From: Perkinsela sp. CCAP 1560/9 | Lineage: Eukaryota > Protista > Euglenozoa: Kinetoplastea | Assembly (NCBI GenBank): GCA_965644495.1 | Contig: CBFFSA010000001.1 | Location: 2,108,001-2,172,000, forward strand | Direction of reading: 5' to 3' | DNA: 64,000 nt | Part shown: positions 11,247 through 22,028 of the stretch, one piece after another | Layout of the letters: each line of letters opens with the position of its first letter | Position numbering within the stretch: position 1 is the first letter of the stretch | Made by a program: the position numbers and the translations under genes | The notes under the pieces: model-generated | Databases searched by the model: none | What the model was told of the DNA's origin: nothing | The model's input: the letters and a program-made list of their open reading frames with translations, nothing else

Positions 11247-12218
11247 ATGCGCGTCGCCGTCCTCGGCGCCACCGGCGGCATCGGCCAAGCCCTCTCCCTC
11301 CTCCTCAAACTCCAACTCCCCCACGGCAGCACCCTCCTCCTCTACGACCTCACCGGGGTCCCCGGGGTCGCCACCGACCTCTCCCACCTCGACACCCCCG
11401 TCACCCTCCAGCACGCCCAAGGCACCCTCCCCCCCTCCCCCGACCACCCCGCCCTCGCCGCCCTCCTTGCCCCCGGGGTCGACATCGTGGTGATCTGCGC
11501 CGGGGTCCCGCGCAAACCCGGCATGACCCGCGACGACCTGTTCGCCGTGAACGCCGGGGTCGTCATGGATCTTGTCACCGTCGCCGCAGCAGCCGCCCCC
11601 TCCCCCCCCGTCTTCCTCATCATCACCAACCCGGTGAACTCCACGGTGCCCATTGCCGCGGGCGCCCTCACGCGTCTCGGGAGGTACAACAAGAACCGGC
11701 TGTTTGGGGTCACGACCCTCGATGGGGTCCGGGCGACGACCTTTGTGAATGAGCAACGGGACCCGGTGCGGGTGGAGACGGTGGCGGTGGTCGGGGGTCA
11801 CTCCGGGCCCTCGATCGTGCCGCTGTTCTCGCAGCTCCCCGGGCCGGTGATGGGGCGGGAGGTGCAGGAGGGGTTGGTGCGGCGGGTGCAGGAGGCGGGG
11901 ACGGAGGTGGTGCGGGCGAAGGCGGGGAAGGGGTCGGCGACGCTGTCGATGGCGGAGGCGGGGGCGCGGTTTACGATGTGTGTGGTGAGGGCGTTGAGGG
12001 GGGAGGGGAACCCGCGGGTGTGCAGTTATGTGGATACGGATGGGAGTGCGGCGGTGTCGTTTTTGGCGATGCCGGTGGTGTTGGGGAGGGAGGGGATTGT
12101 GCAACGACTTCCGATTGGGAAGTTGTCGGAGACGGAACAGAGGGCGTTTGAGGTGGCCACGGAGGCGTTGCAGAAGAATATTCAAGACGGGGAGAGGTTT
12201 GTGCAGTCCAAGTTGTAG
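11247..12218 (+). CDS. gMDH: Glycosomal (peroxisomal) malate dehydrogenase
   Basis: VAVLGATGGIGQALSLLL, AGVPRKPGMTRDDLF, ITNPVNSTVP, GVTTLDGVRA, VVGGHSG, KAGKGSATLSMA. C-terminal PTS1 -SKL. Confidence 0.95.
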   Translation: MRVAVLGATGGIGQALSLLLKLQLPHGSTLLLYDLTGVPGVATDLSHLDTPVTLQHAQGTLPPSPDHPALAALLAPGVDIVVICAGVPRKPGMTRDDLFAVNAGVVMDLVTVAAAAAPSPPVFLIITNPVNSTVPIAAGALTRLGRYNKNRLFGVTTLDGVRATTFVNEQRDPVRVETVAVVGGHSGPSIVPLFSQLPGPVMGREVQEGLVRRVQEAGTEVVRAKAGKGSATLSMAEAGARFTMCVVRALRGEGNPRVCSYVDTDGSAAVSFLAMPVVLGREGIVQRLPIGKLSETEQRAFEVATEALQKNIQDGERFVQSKL

Positions 12219-12666
12219 GTAGTGAAGGTGCATAAGTCGTGGGAGGTGGGGGAATAACACGTGGGAGGGAAGTCATGGGCGACATGTGGAATACCGAATG
12301 GTGTCAAAATTTGTTTTAGAAAGGTGATGTTTTCGAAGTTTAGATGTGGCGTCTTAGGCAAAGATGTGCTTTCTTCTGTGCTACATGTTTTGGTTTGTGA
12401 TTATTGTATGTCATACTGGGTTTCTTCAATTGCACTGCTCTTTTGGCTCTTTATATGACGTGCTCATAGTTTTTCGTTGTCGTCTTCGCATCACCAACAA
12501 TGGCGCCTAAATCAACAACGCTCAAATACTCTCGAATAGGGGGACATAATAACGCAATACATACTTTTTATGCTTATTTATTTGTTAACATCCATAGATG
12601 AATAGTTCTTAGACGTATTCTTAGAATTGGCTTTTAACAGGTTTGTTATTTTTTTTCCTGCGTTGT

Positions 12667-13233
12667 ATGCAGAATCCACTACACAATCCACAAGTCCTGG
12701 AGGCATTTACACATGCATCGAAATTCATGTTCAATCGCTCTGGGTGTTTCCACATCATACGTGAGAACGGCGAACACCGACATCGGCACCAAATTTTGGA
12801 CGAGCTAGAGGATGACCTCATTCATTGGTTTTATAGTGAGGGAGAAGTTTATCCGGATGAAATTGAGGCGCATATTCTATCTGTTCTTGCAGATCAACTC
12901 CACACAGAATTAGAAGAGGGTACAGCTCTGGAGATGGGACGACTTTTGCATAATATGTACGTCCGATGCCGCGAAGGAGATTTAAGCTTTTTAGAAGAAA
13001 TTCAAAAAGTAGATACGGGGTCAGATTCCTTAGCTCTCAGAGAGGGACGGGATACGGACACAGTACATGTGGCAGGTTCCGAGACACAAAACTTGGAACC
13101 GAATCCTACGCCAGAAGTGTGTCACGAGAGCAATTTATGTGATTCGAATACACCTATGACTAGAAAACCTCGCTCGCGTGCGCGAAGGCATCAACCCGAC
13201 GCACACGGGTGGCATACGGCAGGGAGATTTTGA
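12667..13233 (+). CDS. TSR2: Pre-rRNA-processing protein Tsr2-like
   Basis: YPDEIEAHILSVLADQLHTELEEGTALEMGRLL...CREGD and a C-terminal DAHGW motif match the Tsr2 (WGG) domain pattern. First ATG at 12667. Confidence 0.7.
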   Translation: MQNPLHNPQVLEAFTHASKFMFNRSGCFHIIRENGEHRHRHQILDELEDDLIHWFYSEGEVYPDEIEAHILSVLADQLHTELEEGTALEMGRLLHNMYVRCREGDLSFLEEIQKVDTGSDSLALREGRDTDTVHVAGSETQNLEPNPTPEVCHESNLCDSNTPMTRKPRSRARRHQPDAHGWHTAGRF

Positions 13234-13475
13234 TTTTTGGTATCCGGGCGTACAGCTGAATCGATTTTGTTCAAAGAGAGTAATCAGGGGTGCTATTATT
13301 TCGTTAGGATCAAGTGAGTTCATCGATCAACATACGTAGCAGTAATACGTATCAATAACGTAGTATCAATAGTCTCATGTTTCCCTATTCAGTATGATTT
13401 CTTTCGACTAGTAGTTTCTCATTTTCTATGAGCTTCCTATCTTCTTGGTTTTCAAACGTCACGATCTGATTTACT

Positions 13476-14939
13476 TTGCGGCTTTCGAAATTTCTTCCTC
13501 GTCGTTCTATACTTCGCAAATCACTTGCTCTTAGTCTTGGATTTGTTGTCTGCTCCACGTATTACTCTGAATCCGAGTTCCTATCCTTGCTTCGGCGATG
13601 CGGTCGCACAGCCCGCGTTGCCTTCCAGGTTGCATGGGCCTACCGAGGAATTCTTGATGATCAGACGCACACCCACGGTGCGAGCCTTGTGTATGATTTA
13701 TGCAGCATAAATGGAGGCGTCTATGTGAAAGCGGCTCAGGTCATTGCGAGTTCCCGTGTTGGAATTCACTGGGCGTATACAGAGAAGCTAAGCGGACTGG
13801 TGGACAGTGCCACCCCGACCCCATATCGTGAAGTTCGAAAAGTGATTTGCAATGAGTTAAAATGCAGCTCGCCGGAAGATCTTTTCGAATTTATTGATCC
13901 GATTCCGGTAGGATGTGCTTCTTTGGCTCAAGTACATCGCGCGAGACTGAAGGGGGAAAGTAGAATCGTGGCGCTTAAGGTGCAGCACCCTCGTCTACAG
14001 TGGGAAATTCCCTGTGACGTGTGGATGCTCAAATGGTGCTTTCGTTCCGCTGAGTTTCTTTTTCCTGGCGCGAAGCTGAGTTTTTTACTCCGACACACTA
14101 GAGAGGGTCTTGCGAAAGAGTTGGACTTTGTAGCTGAAGCTCAGAACATGGAGCGTTGTAGAAACATGTTAAAAAGCTCTAGCGTTGATTGTATTGTACC
14201 AGTTCATTTTCCAAAGCTCTCCACTGAGCGTCTCCTGACAATGGAATATATGAACGGAGTTCGCATCTCCGATGCTAGAAAAGAGTATCGACTTTCATCA
14301 AAGGCATCACAAATCATAGCCAGAAACACTGTTCGACTTTTTGCGGAAATGGTATTTTTGTATGGGTTTGTGCACTGTGATCCACATCCCGGAAACGTAA
14401 TGGTCGAGCCAGAAACACACCGTCTTATACTTCTTGATCATGGGCTATACAGGGAGCTTTCTCCTCGTTTTCAAGAAGCCTATGTCAGCCTTTGGAATGG
14501 CCTTTTTCTTCGTAATGATTCTATTATCGAAAGTGCTTCACGAGATATGGGATCACCGGAGCTTTCCGAGGTATTTTCTCTATTGTTTACGCAGCGCATG
14601 CGAGGTTCTTGGCGCCGTACGGGAAGCACGGATATTATTCAGGCCTTTCAGCAACTTGGGATACTGGGACAGAGCCACACGGGGCAAATTGGAAATGTGA
14701 GTTCGTTGCTTGCAAGTCTCCCTGATGATTTACTCTTTGTCTTGAAAACTGCTATGACGGTGAGATCAGTAACAATGGGGCTCGGATTGGCTGGACCTGA
14801 ACGGCAAGGAGAGTACGCCTGGTGCGCTCATCGTGCACGAATCAAAGGTTTATGGGCTCGTCATGAATGGTTTCGATTTTTCTTTGAAACCATTTGGTTT
14901 CGTTTGGTTTATTTTTTTATCGGTCTGATTCTTGTATGA
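13476..14939 (+). CDS. ADCK1: ABC1/UbiB atypical kinase, ADCK1/5-like; apparent TTG start
   Basis: GGVYVKAAQ, ASLAQVHRA, VALKVQHP, ELDF..EA.N, LTMEY, GFVHCDPHPGN, LLDHGLY. No in-frame ATG before about codon 184. Confidence 0.85.
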   Translation: MRLSKFLPRRSILRKSLALSLGFVVCSTYYSESEFLSLLRRCGRTARVAFQVAWAYRGILDDQTHTHGASLVYDLCSINGGVYVKAAQVIASSRVGIHWAYTEKLSGLVDSATPTPYREVRKVICNELKCSSPEDLFEFIDPIPVGCASLAQVHRARLKGESRIVALKVQHPRLQWEIPCDVWMLKWCFRSAEFLFPGAKLSFLLRHTREGLAKELDFVAEAQNMERCRNMLKSSSVDCIVPVHFPKLSTERLLTMEYMNGVRISDARKEYRLSSKASQIIARNTVRLFAEMVFLYGFVHCDPHPGNVMVEPETHRLILLDHGLYRELSPRFQEAYVSLWNGLFLRNDSIIESASRDMGSPELSEVFSLLFTQRMRGSWRRTGSTDIIQAFQQLGILGQSHTGQIGNVSSLLASLPDDLLFVLKTAMTVRSVTMGLGLAGPERQGEYAWCAHRARIKGLWARHEWFRFFFETIWFRLVYFFIGLILV

Positions 14940-15176
14940 TTTTCAAGAATTTTTCTTGTTTTCGTGTATTGCTCCTTTCTCAGTGTGTCCCATTTTTCTG
15001 GATACGTCTTAGCAATAAAATAGGTTTGCACTAGCGTAAAATTTGGTCAAATAGATCAGTCAAGATATTTAAACTATACATCGCATTTCGTGCCGTATAT
15101 TTCATATTCACTAATCAAATTTCATGATCTGCTTGTTTGTCGTGTTATAAGCAGCTTAATAAAATCACCAAGCAAC

Positions 15177-17921
15177 ATGCCACAAGGACGTCCTGACTTT
15201 CCGTTGAATGCACAAACTCCTTCAGGATACATCATAGGTTCCGGTCGTGTAGTCAAGGTATCAACACAAAATGGTACGAAATTTCAAAAGTCGAAGCGCC
15301 TTCCTAATTTGCCTTCAAAAGACAAGACCGTCGCAAAGTCAGAAAAGGTTGCCTCTCACAGTAGAGGAAAAGCGTTCTCGACGAATCTGTTTGATACAAT
15401 GAGTCAACCATCCATGACGAAGGACACACGGGAAACCTCTATCACAGTGAAAGGAGCTTTCTCTATAAAAGATTCATCGAAAGAAACTTCGATACCACAA
15501 ATTATTGATGATTTGGGTGAGTTACGAAGTCAAAAAAGTGCAGAGCCTGAAAATGCACACAGCGCAATAGCACGACAGATTCATAGCATTTGTACGGAGG
15601 CTACGATTAGTGAAAAGGATTGGGAAAGTATTCCAGAAGTTGTTCCCACGCTTAAAAGAAAGAAAATGATGCATTCCGGAACTGTGAATTTGGGCTCTTC
15701 GGAGGTTCACAGACCCGAACTCATAGTGTACCGCCCAAAAAATGATTCTTCAGTCTCGGAAAACAAACGTCAAGGTATTTCTCAAACATTATCACCTTTT
15801 CAACAGTCGAAATTCGATCACCTCTTGAAAAATGTTGATAAAGTTAGGCAGGAGCTTGGCATTGTGGATGTATCGCTGGATGCTAGTGCAGCAGGAAAAA
15901 TAGTTCAACTTGAGTCTCACCATCTCGAAGATGAGGAAACTCTACAGCAAACGATAAAACATTGCCAACTAATGCTTCAAATCGATGCTTCAAATGAGAA
16001 ATACTGGGTTGACCTTGCTTGCGCGCTCAAAAAATCGGGAGACAATATTGCTTCTAGAAAACTTTTGAAAGAAGGATGCGGTAAGCTTCCTGAAAGTGAA
16101 ATGGTATGGATGGCTTATGTCGAAAGTGTTCCTAAAACAAAGCAACTTTCATGTATAAAGGATGCACTCGTAGCATTACCAACCAGCGCGCTACTTTGGA
16201 ACATTTACGCCGATTCTGCTTCATCTTCTCTGGAAAAGCAAGAAATTCTATTTCAAGCATTAGAAAAAATATCTCACGAAGGACTATTATGGAAATCTCT
16301 TGTTGATACCATGAAAAGTGCAAATGATAAGTGTTTAACCCTTCGCAAAGCAGTAGAATGCGCGACAGATATCGACTTATGGATTCTATTAATACAGCAT
16401 GAAGAATTGGATAACGTTGCCGAGGTCCTTCAAAGAGCTTTGACCAAGTTTCCAGCACATCTTGAATTGTTTCTTGCAGCTACAGATAGGCAACCAAATC
16501 TGGACTATGTCCGTCGAATATTGTCTTCCGCCTTTACCCGTTTACGTGAAACTTACCATACACGCCAATGGTGGTATGAACATGCCAGTAAGTTGGAAGA
16601 AGATGGACGCTTTATTGAGTGCAAGGTGGTCATCAACCTTTCAATGAAACTACAGCTCAACCTTTCTCATAAGCGGGATACCAAGCATGCGTGGATATCT
16701 GATGTTGGGGAATTTCTTTCCAAAAGAAAGTCATACTGCGCAAAGTTTTTATTAGAGTCTGCGGTGGAGGTTATGCCACATAGTAAAGGGCTCTGGCGAC
16801 GATTGGCTGAAGTGGAGCAGCTGATCGGAGGAAAGTCGATTCCTGTTTTAGTCCGAGCCTTGAAACATCATCGGGATAGTGCGAAGATGTGGCTTGCATT
16901 AGCGAAATCGCACATCAAGGTGTTGGAATACAGTGAAGCTGAAAATGTGCTTCGTGAAGGGACACAACTGCATCCGAATTGTGAAGAATTGTGGATTCTC
17001 CTCTTCTTAGCTCAAGAAAAAGCGCACGGAAGCGACGTGGTTCAGCGTACATACGATGACGCATGCAAAGTTTGTCCTACCCCCCGACTACAAACCAAAC
17101 GAATGGTCTTTCTGCGTCGCATACGTGGTCTACATCATTCTACTCTCATCCCACTTCTAGAGGAACTCCTCTCCGGGGCTGCAGACAATCGGAAGTGTTG
17201 GAAGCTTTGGGCTATTTTGCTCAGCGAGTATTTAGCTCAAGTATCAGATAGTACACTCACACAAGCACGTCACGCCGCGGACCGAGCCCTTCGCCTTTGT
17301 GGAACCTCTAGTGCGGTCCTGTGGAACTGTGCTGCGGCCCTGGAAGAGGCTTCGGGTCACATAAGTCGCGGTCGGGCTATCTTGGACACCTCTCGGCAAA
17401 CTCTTCGACGCGACGTTCAGGTCTGGCGCTTTTCTGTCCGGTATGAGCTGCGGAATCAAAATCCCACGTTTGCACGAAAACTTTCTGATTTAGCGGTGAC
17501 TGTTTTTCGAGGTGATAAGCGATTTTTGGGTCAAATTTACGCCATTCAGACAGAGGCGTTGTCGATCAGTGCTCGTTTATCGCACCTGAGATACGTACTT
17601 ACTCAATTTCCCGAGGAACCTCTTCTTTTGCTGCAACAAGTACTTGTTCACTACAGAATGGGAGACACTGGTGAATCGTTAATGCACTGCAGTGCACTCA
17701 ACGAGTTACATCCTGACTACGCCGATGCATGGGCTTTGCGATCTGCGATAGAAGGAAAAGGCTTTTCCTATCCTGAGTTTTCACGTGAACAATTGTATGG
17801 AGAATATTGGGAGAAACTTGCTCGAGAACCAGATGTAGCCGGTCCATGCGGATGTATCCTTCCAGTTTCACAGGCTTTTCAAAGGGTACAAGAAACATTA
17901 TTGAATTACATGGTGGAATAG
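15177..17921 (+). CDS. PRP6: U5 snRNP Prp6-like TPR/HAT-repeat splicing factor (divergent)
   Basis: N-terminal DFPLNAQTPSGYIIGSGR (Prp6 N motif) and DWESIPEV. Many HAT repeats (WVDLA...RKLLKEGC..LPESEMVW, LWILL, MWLALAK) and C-terminal PDYADAWA. ATG at 15177. Confidence 0.75.
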   Translation: MPQGRPDFPLNAQTPSGYIIGSGRVVKVSTQNGTKFQKSKRLPNLPSKDKTVAKSEKVASHSRGKAFSTNLFDTMSQPSMTKDTRETSITVKGAFSIKDSSKETSIPQIIDDLGELRSQKSAEPENAHSAIARQIHSICTEATISEKDWESIPEVVPTLKRKKMMHSGTVNLGSSEVHRPELIVYRPKNDSSVSENKRQGISQTLSPFQQSKFDHLLKNVDKVRQELGIVDVSLDASAAGKIVQLESHHLEDEETLQQTIKHCQLMLQIDASNEKYWVDLACALKKSGDNIASRKLLKEGCGKLPESEMVWMAYVESVPKTKQLSCIKDALVALPTSALLWNIYADSASSSLEKQEILFQALEKISHEGLLWKSLVDTMKSANDKCLTLRKAVECATDIDLWILLIQHEELDNVAEVLQRALTKFPAHLELFLAATDRQPNLDYVRRILSSAFTRLRETYHTRQWWYEHASKLEEDGRFIECKVVINLSMKLQLNLSHKRDTKHAWISDVGEFLSKRKSYCAKFLLESAVEVMPHSKGLWRRLAEVEQLIGGKSIPVLVRALKHHRDSAKMWLALAKSHIKVLEYSEAENVLREGTQLHPNCEELWILLFLAQEKAHGSDVVQRTYDDACKVCPTPRLQTKRMVFLRRIRGLHHSTLIPLLEELLSGAADNRKCWKLWAILLSEYLAQVSDSTLTQARHAADRALRLCGTSSAVLWNCAAALEEASGHISRGRAILDTSRQTLRRDVQVWRFSVRYELRNQNPTFARKLSDLAVTVFRGDKRFLGQIYAIQTEALSISARLSHLRYVLTQFPEEPLLLLQQVLVHYRMGDTGESLMHCSALNELHPDYADAWALRSAIEGKGFSYPEFSREQLYGEYWEKLAREPDVAGPCGCILPVSQAFQRVQETLLNYMVE

Positions 17922-18144
17922 TTCGATTGTATTTCCTTTCTCTCGTTTACGAAACACGATTCTTCTTTTTTGACAACGTGGTTTTTCCTTCTCCTGGCTG
18001 AAGTGCCACATTATGACGCATCTCAAATTTTACACTTTGTTTTCTCAAAACACGAATGGACATGTACCGTTCCAGCAAGATTGCATCTTTTTCTCTTTTT
18101 TACCTTTTCGCCTCTTTTTATCCTTTATCTACGCACAGCTCTGC

Positions 18145-19188
18145 ATGCTACACCACACACGTACTCTGGGCTGGAAAGTGAACTCCGGCGGAGGACATCG
18201 CGGAGGAAAAAACCTTGCCTGGGCGCCCAAACAGAAACATGTCAAACTCTCCTTCGTACGGACAGACATGTCGCACCCGAGACGTCGTCCGACAGCGTGG
18301 CACAAACTCGAGTTCAAACGTCTGGGGTATCACGTGTGGCCCAAAGAGGTGGGGTTCTGGAATGCCGGAGACAACTGGGAGCTCACCCCTGAGTTCTCCT
18401 GGCGGTTTTACCTTCACAACCGGGACAAAGAGGTGTGGACGCAGGGCCACAACGAGCAGACAATCATCGCGTTGCTACCCCTGGTAGAGGTGGACCCCGA
18501 GAGCCACCTCCCTCGTATTCACAACATCTGGCAGCACCACGTAACGCGATTTGGTCCGGACCACATTATCTACAATGCTGTGACCCAAGCTTTTGCGTTT
18601 GCTCGGGATTACGACCAAGCTCTAAGTACGTTCCGCGAGATGCGAAGGCTGGGGTTTCAGCCCAATGCCCAGTCCTACGTCAACATGATGTTTGCAGTGT
18701 ATCTTTGCAAGAAACCTACAATGCTCGCGGAGGCCTTTTGGGATGAAGCCGTCCGGGAGAAAGCCATTACCCCAACGCTTCGTGCGGACTATGAATTCAA
18801 AATGTGGATGGCTCAGTTTGAGCGCATTGGGTCTTTTACTTCCGGTCATGGCTTTCTCTCTGTGAATGAGGAGGGCGCTGCCCCGAGACCTCGCAACATG
18901 TGGGCTCTGTGGGGATGGGATCGCACTGAACGGAAATTTATCTCCGCGCGAGATCGGGTTCGTCAAGAAGCCGATCGCCAGATTGCTCCTGGCAACCGAA
19001 TTGGTCGTTCGCTGGTTTCCTCGCTGCAGCGCCGACCGTGGTACCGTTACAAGGGAATGTTTCCGTGGGATTTCCGAGGTCCTCGGCCCTCCGAGTTCTC
19101 ACGACGAAACCGGATGGAGGAATCACCGCTGGATCCCGAAAGGGAGGTGGTCCCGTACAAGCCGTGCGGAAAAGCAATCCCCATCTAG
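18145..19188 (+). CDS. Pentatricopeptide-repeat protein, probable mitochondrial (mitoribosome-associated type)
   Basis: PPR motifs IIYNAVTQAFAFARDYDQALSTFREMRRLGFQPNAQSYVNMM. Kinetoplastid-style presequence MLHHTRTL. ATG at 18145. Confidence 0.8.
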   Translation: MLHHTRTLGWKVNSGGGHRGGKNLAWAPKQKHVKLSFVRTDMSHPRRRPTAWHKLEFKRLGYHVWPKEVGFWNAGDNWELTPEFSWRFYLHNRDKEVWTQGHNEQTIIALLPLVEVDPESHLPRIHNIWQHHVTRFGPDHIIYNAVTQAFAFARDYDQALSTFREMRRLGFQPNAQSYVNMMFAVYLCKKPTMLAEAFWDEAVREKAITPTLRADYEFKMWMAQFERIGSFTSGHGFLSVNEEGAAPRPRNMWALWGWDRTERKFISARDRVRQEADRQIAPGNRIGRSLVSSLQRRPWYRYKGMFPWDFRGPRPSEFSRRNRMEESPLDPEREVVPYKPCGKAIPI

Positions 19189-19686
19189 CCGAACTTCGAT
19201 CTTTTCGTTATGTTCCTCTTTCCGTTCTCTTCCATATTCCAACCTTTATGATACAGGTATGATCATTGAAGAATAGTAAAGAAAGATCGTTTTTTGTGAT
19301 AAGTTCGCATTAATTGATGTGTTTTTTGAATAGTGTCAATCGAGAGAGTGACACTCATTTATGAGAAATAAAATTCTTCATGTTCATTTTGACTGCATTT
19401 GGTCCACAAGGTTTTGGATATCTTGGAAATTTATTGGAAAACTTTTTATGATGAGAACTATTGTAATTGTCTTATTTTCCATTCCGCATAGTGTCGTTTC
19501 TCATGATCAATGACATTGGAAAGGGTATCACAGTACCATCTCTATTACCAGAAGTTAGATATTTACCCAGCTCCCGAGGCCTTCGCAAATCCCATCTTTC
19601 CGGTGCTACTAATTCTAAGAAGCGTGTCTTGCCATCTGTTTCTAGAGATTATTTTAAGAACATAAAACCTCCAAGGCAAAACAAAT

Positions 19687-20835
19687 ATGAATGAACAAAT
19701 AGGACACCTGAACAGAGTACAAGGGGGGTCTTTGGGGCAAACTAGGTGGGATCCACGAGGTCTCATGCCAAAATCATTCATTACGCAAGGTATCACGCGT
19801 CAAATTAGTTCAATAACTAAACAGGATAAGTTGAAATATAAGAGGAACGTCAAAAACATGGAAGTATCTAAGTCCAAGTGCGTGAATGATAATCCACTGC
19901 GCAGAAATAAGTGCAATTCAAACCTCACCTCAGGAGTAGAAGGCACAAAATACATATGTACTTCCGTAGCGAAGCATTTTCAGCAAGCGCATTTACGTGA
20001 CTTATTCGCCAATCACTTACAAGACATGCAAGAGCAGAATATAAGCTGCAACGGAAGTAAATCGTTGCATTTGGACTTTCTAGATACTTCCAAGAAAGTG
20101 TCGCCTTTTTTGGGACGTTATTCAGCGACGCACGATGTTTCGATAGGTGGGAAAAGAACTCTGCTTAAAGAAGATGGAATTTATCCATTTTTAGAAAACC
20201 TTTCACCTTTTCAAAAAAGCTCTTCTGAAGGCGTATTATTTCTTCAAGACGTTCTGGACCGTAAAAGAGATCTTTATGTTGTTCACAGTGAACTCAATAG
20301 TTTTTTGAGCTTCACATATCAGTGCGGGACAGATATTTACGCGCCACGTGCAACACAGCATAGTTCAACAAAACATCAACAACGGCACCCGTGTTTTGAA
20401 CTTTATTCGCAGTCACGTAATTATCCGATAGTTGAAAACGAAGAGGAATCGAATCGGATAATAGACTCAGATAGAAAGTCATATCACGAAATAGAAGGAC
20501 ACTTACCGTGTAGAAAACAACTGGTCCTTCCTTCCTCCCCAATTAAAGTGAAAGATTCATCCACACGCGAAAGGTGTACCGCAAAAAAGGATGACAACAT
20601 ACAAATATCAAATCACAATAAATGTAGAAATCGATATTCTGAATCTGCGGCTTGGCCACGTTTTGCACGAAACGTTCCAATAGGCATTGACACTAATATA
20701 CTTGATGGAAAGCATTCTTCTGATACGAAAGATAAAAATAAATTGACTACAGCGGTTATCCCGAATCATACAAAATCGAATTCTTTTTTTGAAGGTCCGG
20801 ACTTTCAACCCTATATGGACTTCAACGGTTTTTGA
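19687..20835 (+). CDS. Hypothetical protein (Lys/Asn/Ser-rich)
   Basis: 382-codon ATG ORF in AT-rich sequence, long enough to be unlikely by chance. No motif. Confidence 0.55.
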   Translation: MNEQIGHLNRVQGGSLGQTRWDPRGLMPKSFITQGITRQISSITKQDKLKYKRNVKNMEVSKSKCVNDNPLRRNKCNSNLTSGVEGTKYICTSVAKHFQQAHLRDLFANHLQDMQEQNISCNGSKSLHLDFLDTSKKVSPFLGRYSATHDVSIGGKRTLLKEDGIYPFLENLSPFQKSSSEGVLFLQDVLDRKRDLYVVHSELNSFLSFTYQCGTDIYAPRATQHSSTKHQQRHPCFELYSQSRNYPIVENEEESNRIIDSDRKSYHEIEGHLPCRKQLVLPSSPIKVKDSSTRERCTAKKDDNIQISNHNKCRNRYSESAAWPRFARNVPIGIDTNILDGKHSSDTKDKNKLTTAVIPNHTKSNSFFEGPDFQPYMDFNGF

Positions 20836-21179
20836 TCTTTTTAAAGAACAAAATATGTTATAATTTGCTGTTGCATTGTTTTGCGCCTTGTAGCTGAGTA
20901 GACAGCCGAACCTCGAAAACATAATGTCCACGTATAATACAAACAAATCAGACTCTTTTTATTTCACTTGCCTCCTATTTTTTCTTGCTCACGAATGCCG
21001 TCTCTACTTGCCGCTCTTTATCCTATGTGCATCTTTTTTTAATATCTTCAAAGCCTCTTCATAATAACCCTAAGTCTAATTTTTCTGATTCACGTCTTCA
21101 TCCAATAAATATTTCTTCAAGTCAGAGGCTAATATTTCTTTGCTTTCCTTTTCTCAATAATAAAGCCTACTATTATAAT

Positions 21180-22028
21180 ATGAATCACCGCGGTGCTTGG
21201 CTGGCGCAGTTTGCACAGTGTAGTGAAGTCAAGTCCTTTCAAAAGCCCGGAAAAGTGTCTTTAGCAGTGCTTCCTGCTGAACATACGCTACTCCGTTTCG
21301 TGTCAAATCTCACGCATCTCAGAGTTTCATGGATATTGTCGATTCCCGCGTGTTCATGGGACGGAGTTCGGTGTGACAATCTTGCTAATGTGCACGCCCT
21401 ACAGTGGACAAATTTCCACTTGCGTGGGGAACCAAACTGGCACTTTCTCCCGCACACGCTCAAGCGCCTTTATCTTGGGAGTATATCCAACTGGAACTCA
21501 AAATCCTTATCCGAGATCCGCGCATTGGATCCGTTAAAATATTTTTCTTCGCGATCACCCAATCAACTATCGGGAAGTATACTCACAGAGGCGTTGCCAA
21601 ATGAACTGCAATTGTTCGAGGCCTCAGACAATGTTTTTCGAGGCGCGCTGTGCCTCTTGCAGCTCCCACACTCCCTGGTACGTCTGAACGTTGAACAAAA
21701 TGACCTAAGCGGGTCACTAGATTTCTCTCATCTGCCTGTAGTCTTGGAGAGCCTCACATTTAGCGAAAACTCCTTTTCAGGATCTCTTGACCTTTCGCGT
21801 CTTCCGGCGAGTTTGGTGGAGTTAACCGGTGATGACAACCGCTTCAACGGTCCCTTAAATCTTTCGCTGTTGCCGGATAGATTGCAATTTCTCTTTCTTG
21901 GTGGAAATATGCTCTCCGGACATCTTGACGTCTCACGGTTACCGTGTAGTGTGTTAAAGATCTACTTGCCCGGAAATGAGTTCACATCGTGGAATCCCAA
22001 TTCCCTCCCTGAATGTGTGATCCTATAA
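21180..22028 (+). CDS. 23-aa LRR protein (family copy 3)
   Basis: KPGKVSLAVLPAE motif, SW...PACSWDGVRC cap, LRRs. ATG at 21180. Confidence 0.88.
   Translation: MNHRGAWLAQFAQCSEVKSFQKPGKVSLAVLPAEHTLLRFVSNLTHLRVSWILSIPACSWDGVRCDNLANVHALQWTNFHLRGEPNWHFLPHTLKRLYLGSISNWNSKSLSEIRALDPLKYFSSRSPNQLSGSILTEALPNELQLFEASDNVFRGALCLLQLPHSLVRLNVEQNDLSGSLDFSHLPVVLESLTFSENSFSGSLDLSRLPASLVELTGDDNRFNGPLNLSLLPDRLQFLFLGGNMLSGHLDVSRLPCSVLKIYLPGNEFTSWNPNSLPECVIL

Noticed and set aside
11012-12285. Long overlapping ORFs around gMDH (11012-11752 +, 11196-12260 -, 11342-11713 -)
   Set aside because: They are by-products of extreme GC3 and skew that remove stop codons. The translations are low-complexity Pro/Arg/His/Gly.
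13467-13469. Genome-wide stop-codon reassignment (Blastocrithidia-like)
   Set aside because: TGA, TAA and TAG all end conserved genes at expected positions, and long conserved ORFs contain no internal stops.
3912-14939. COQ4 and the ABC1 kinase as a ubiquinone gene cluster
   Set aside because: They are 9 kb apart with unrelated genes between them, and kinetoplastid polycistrons are generally not functionally grouped.
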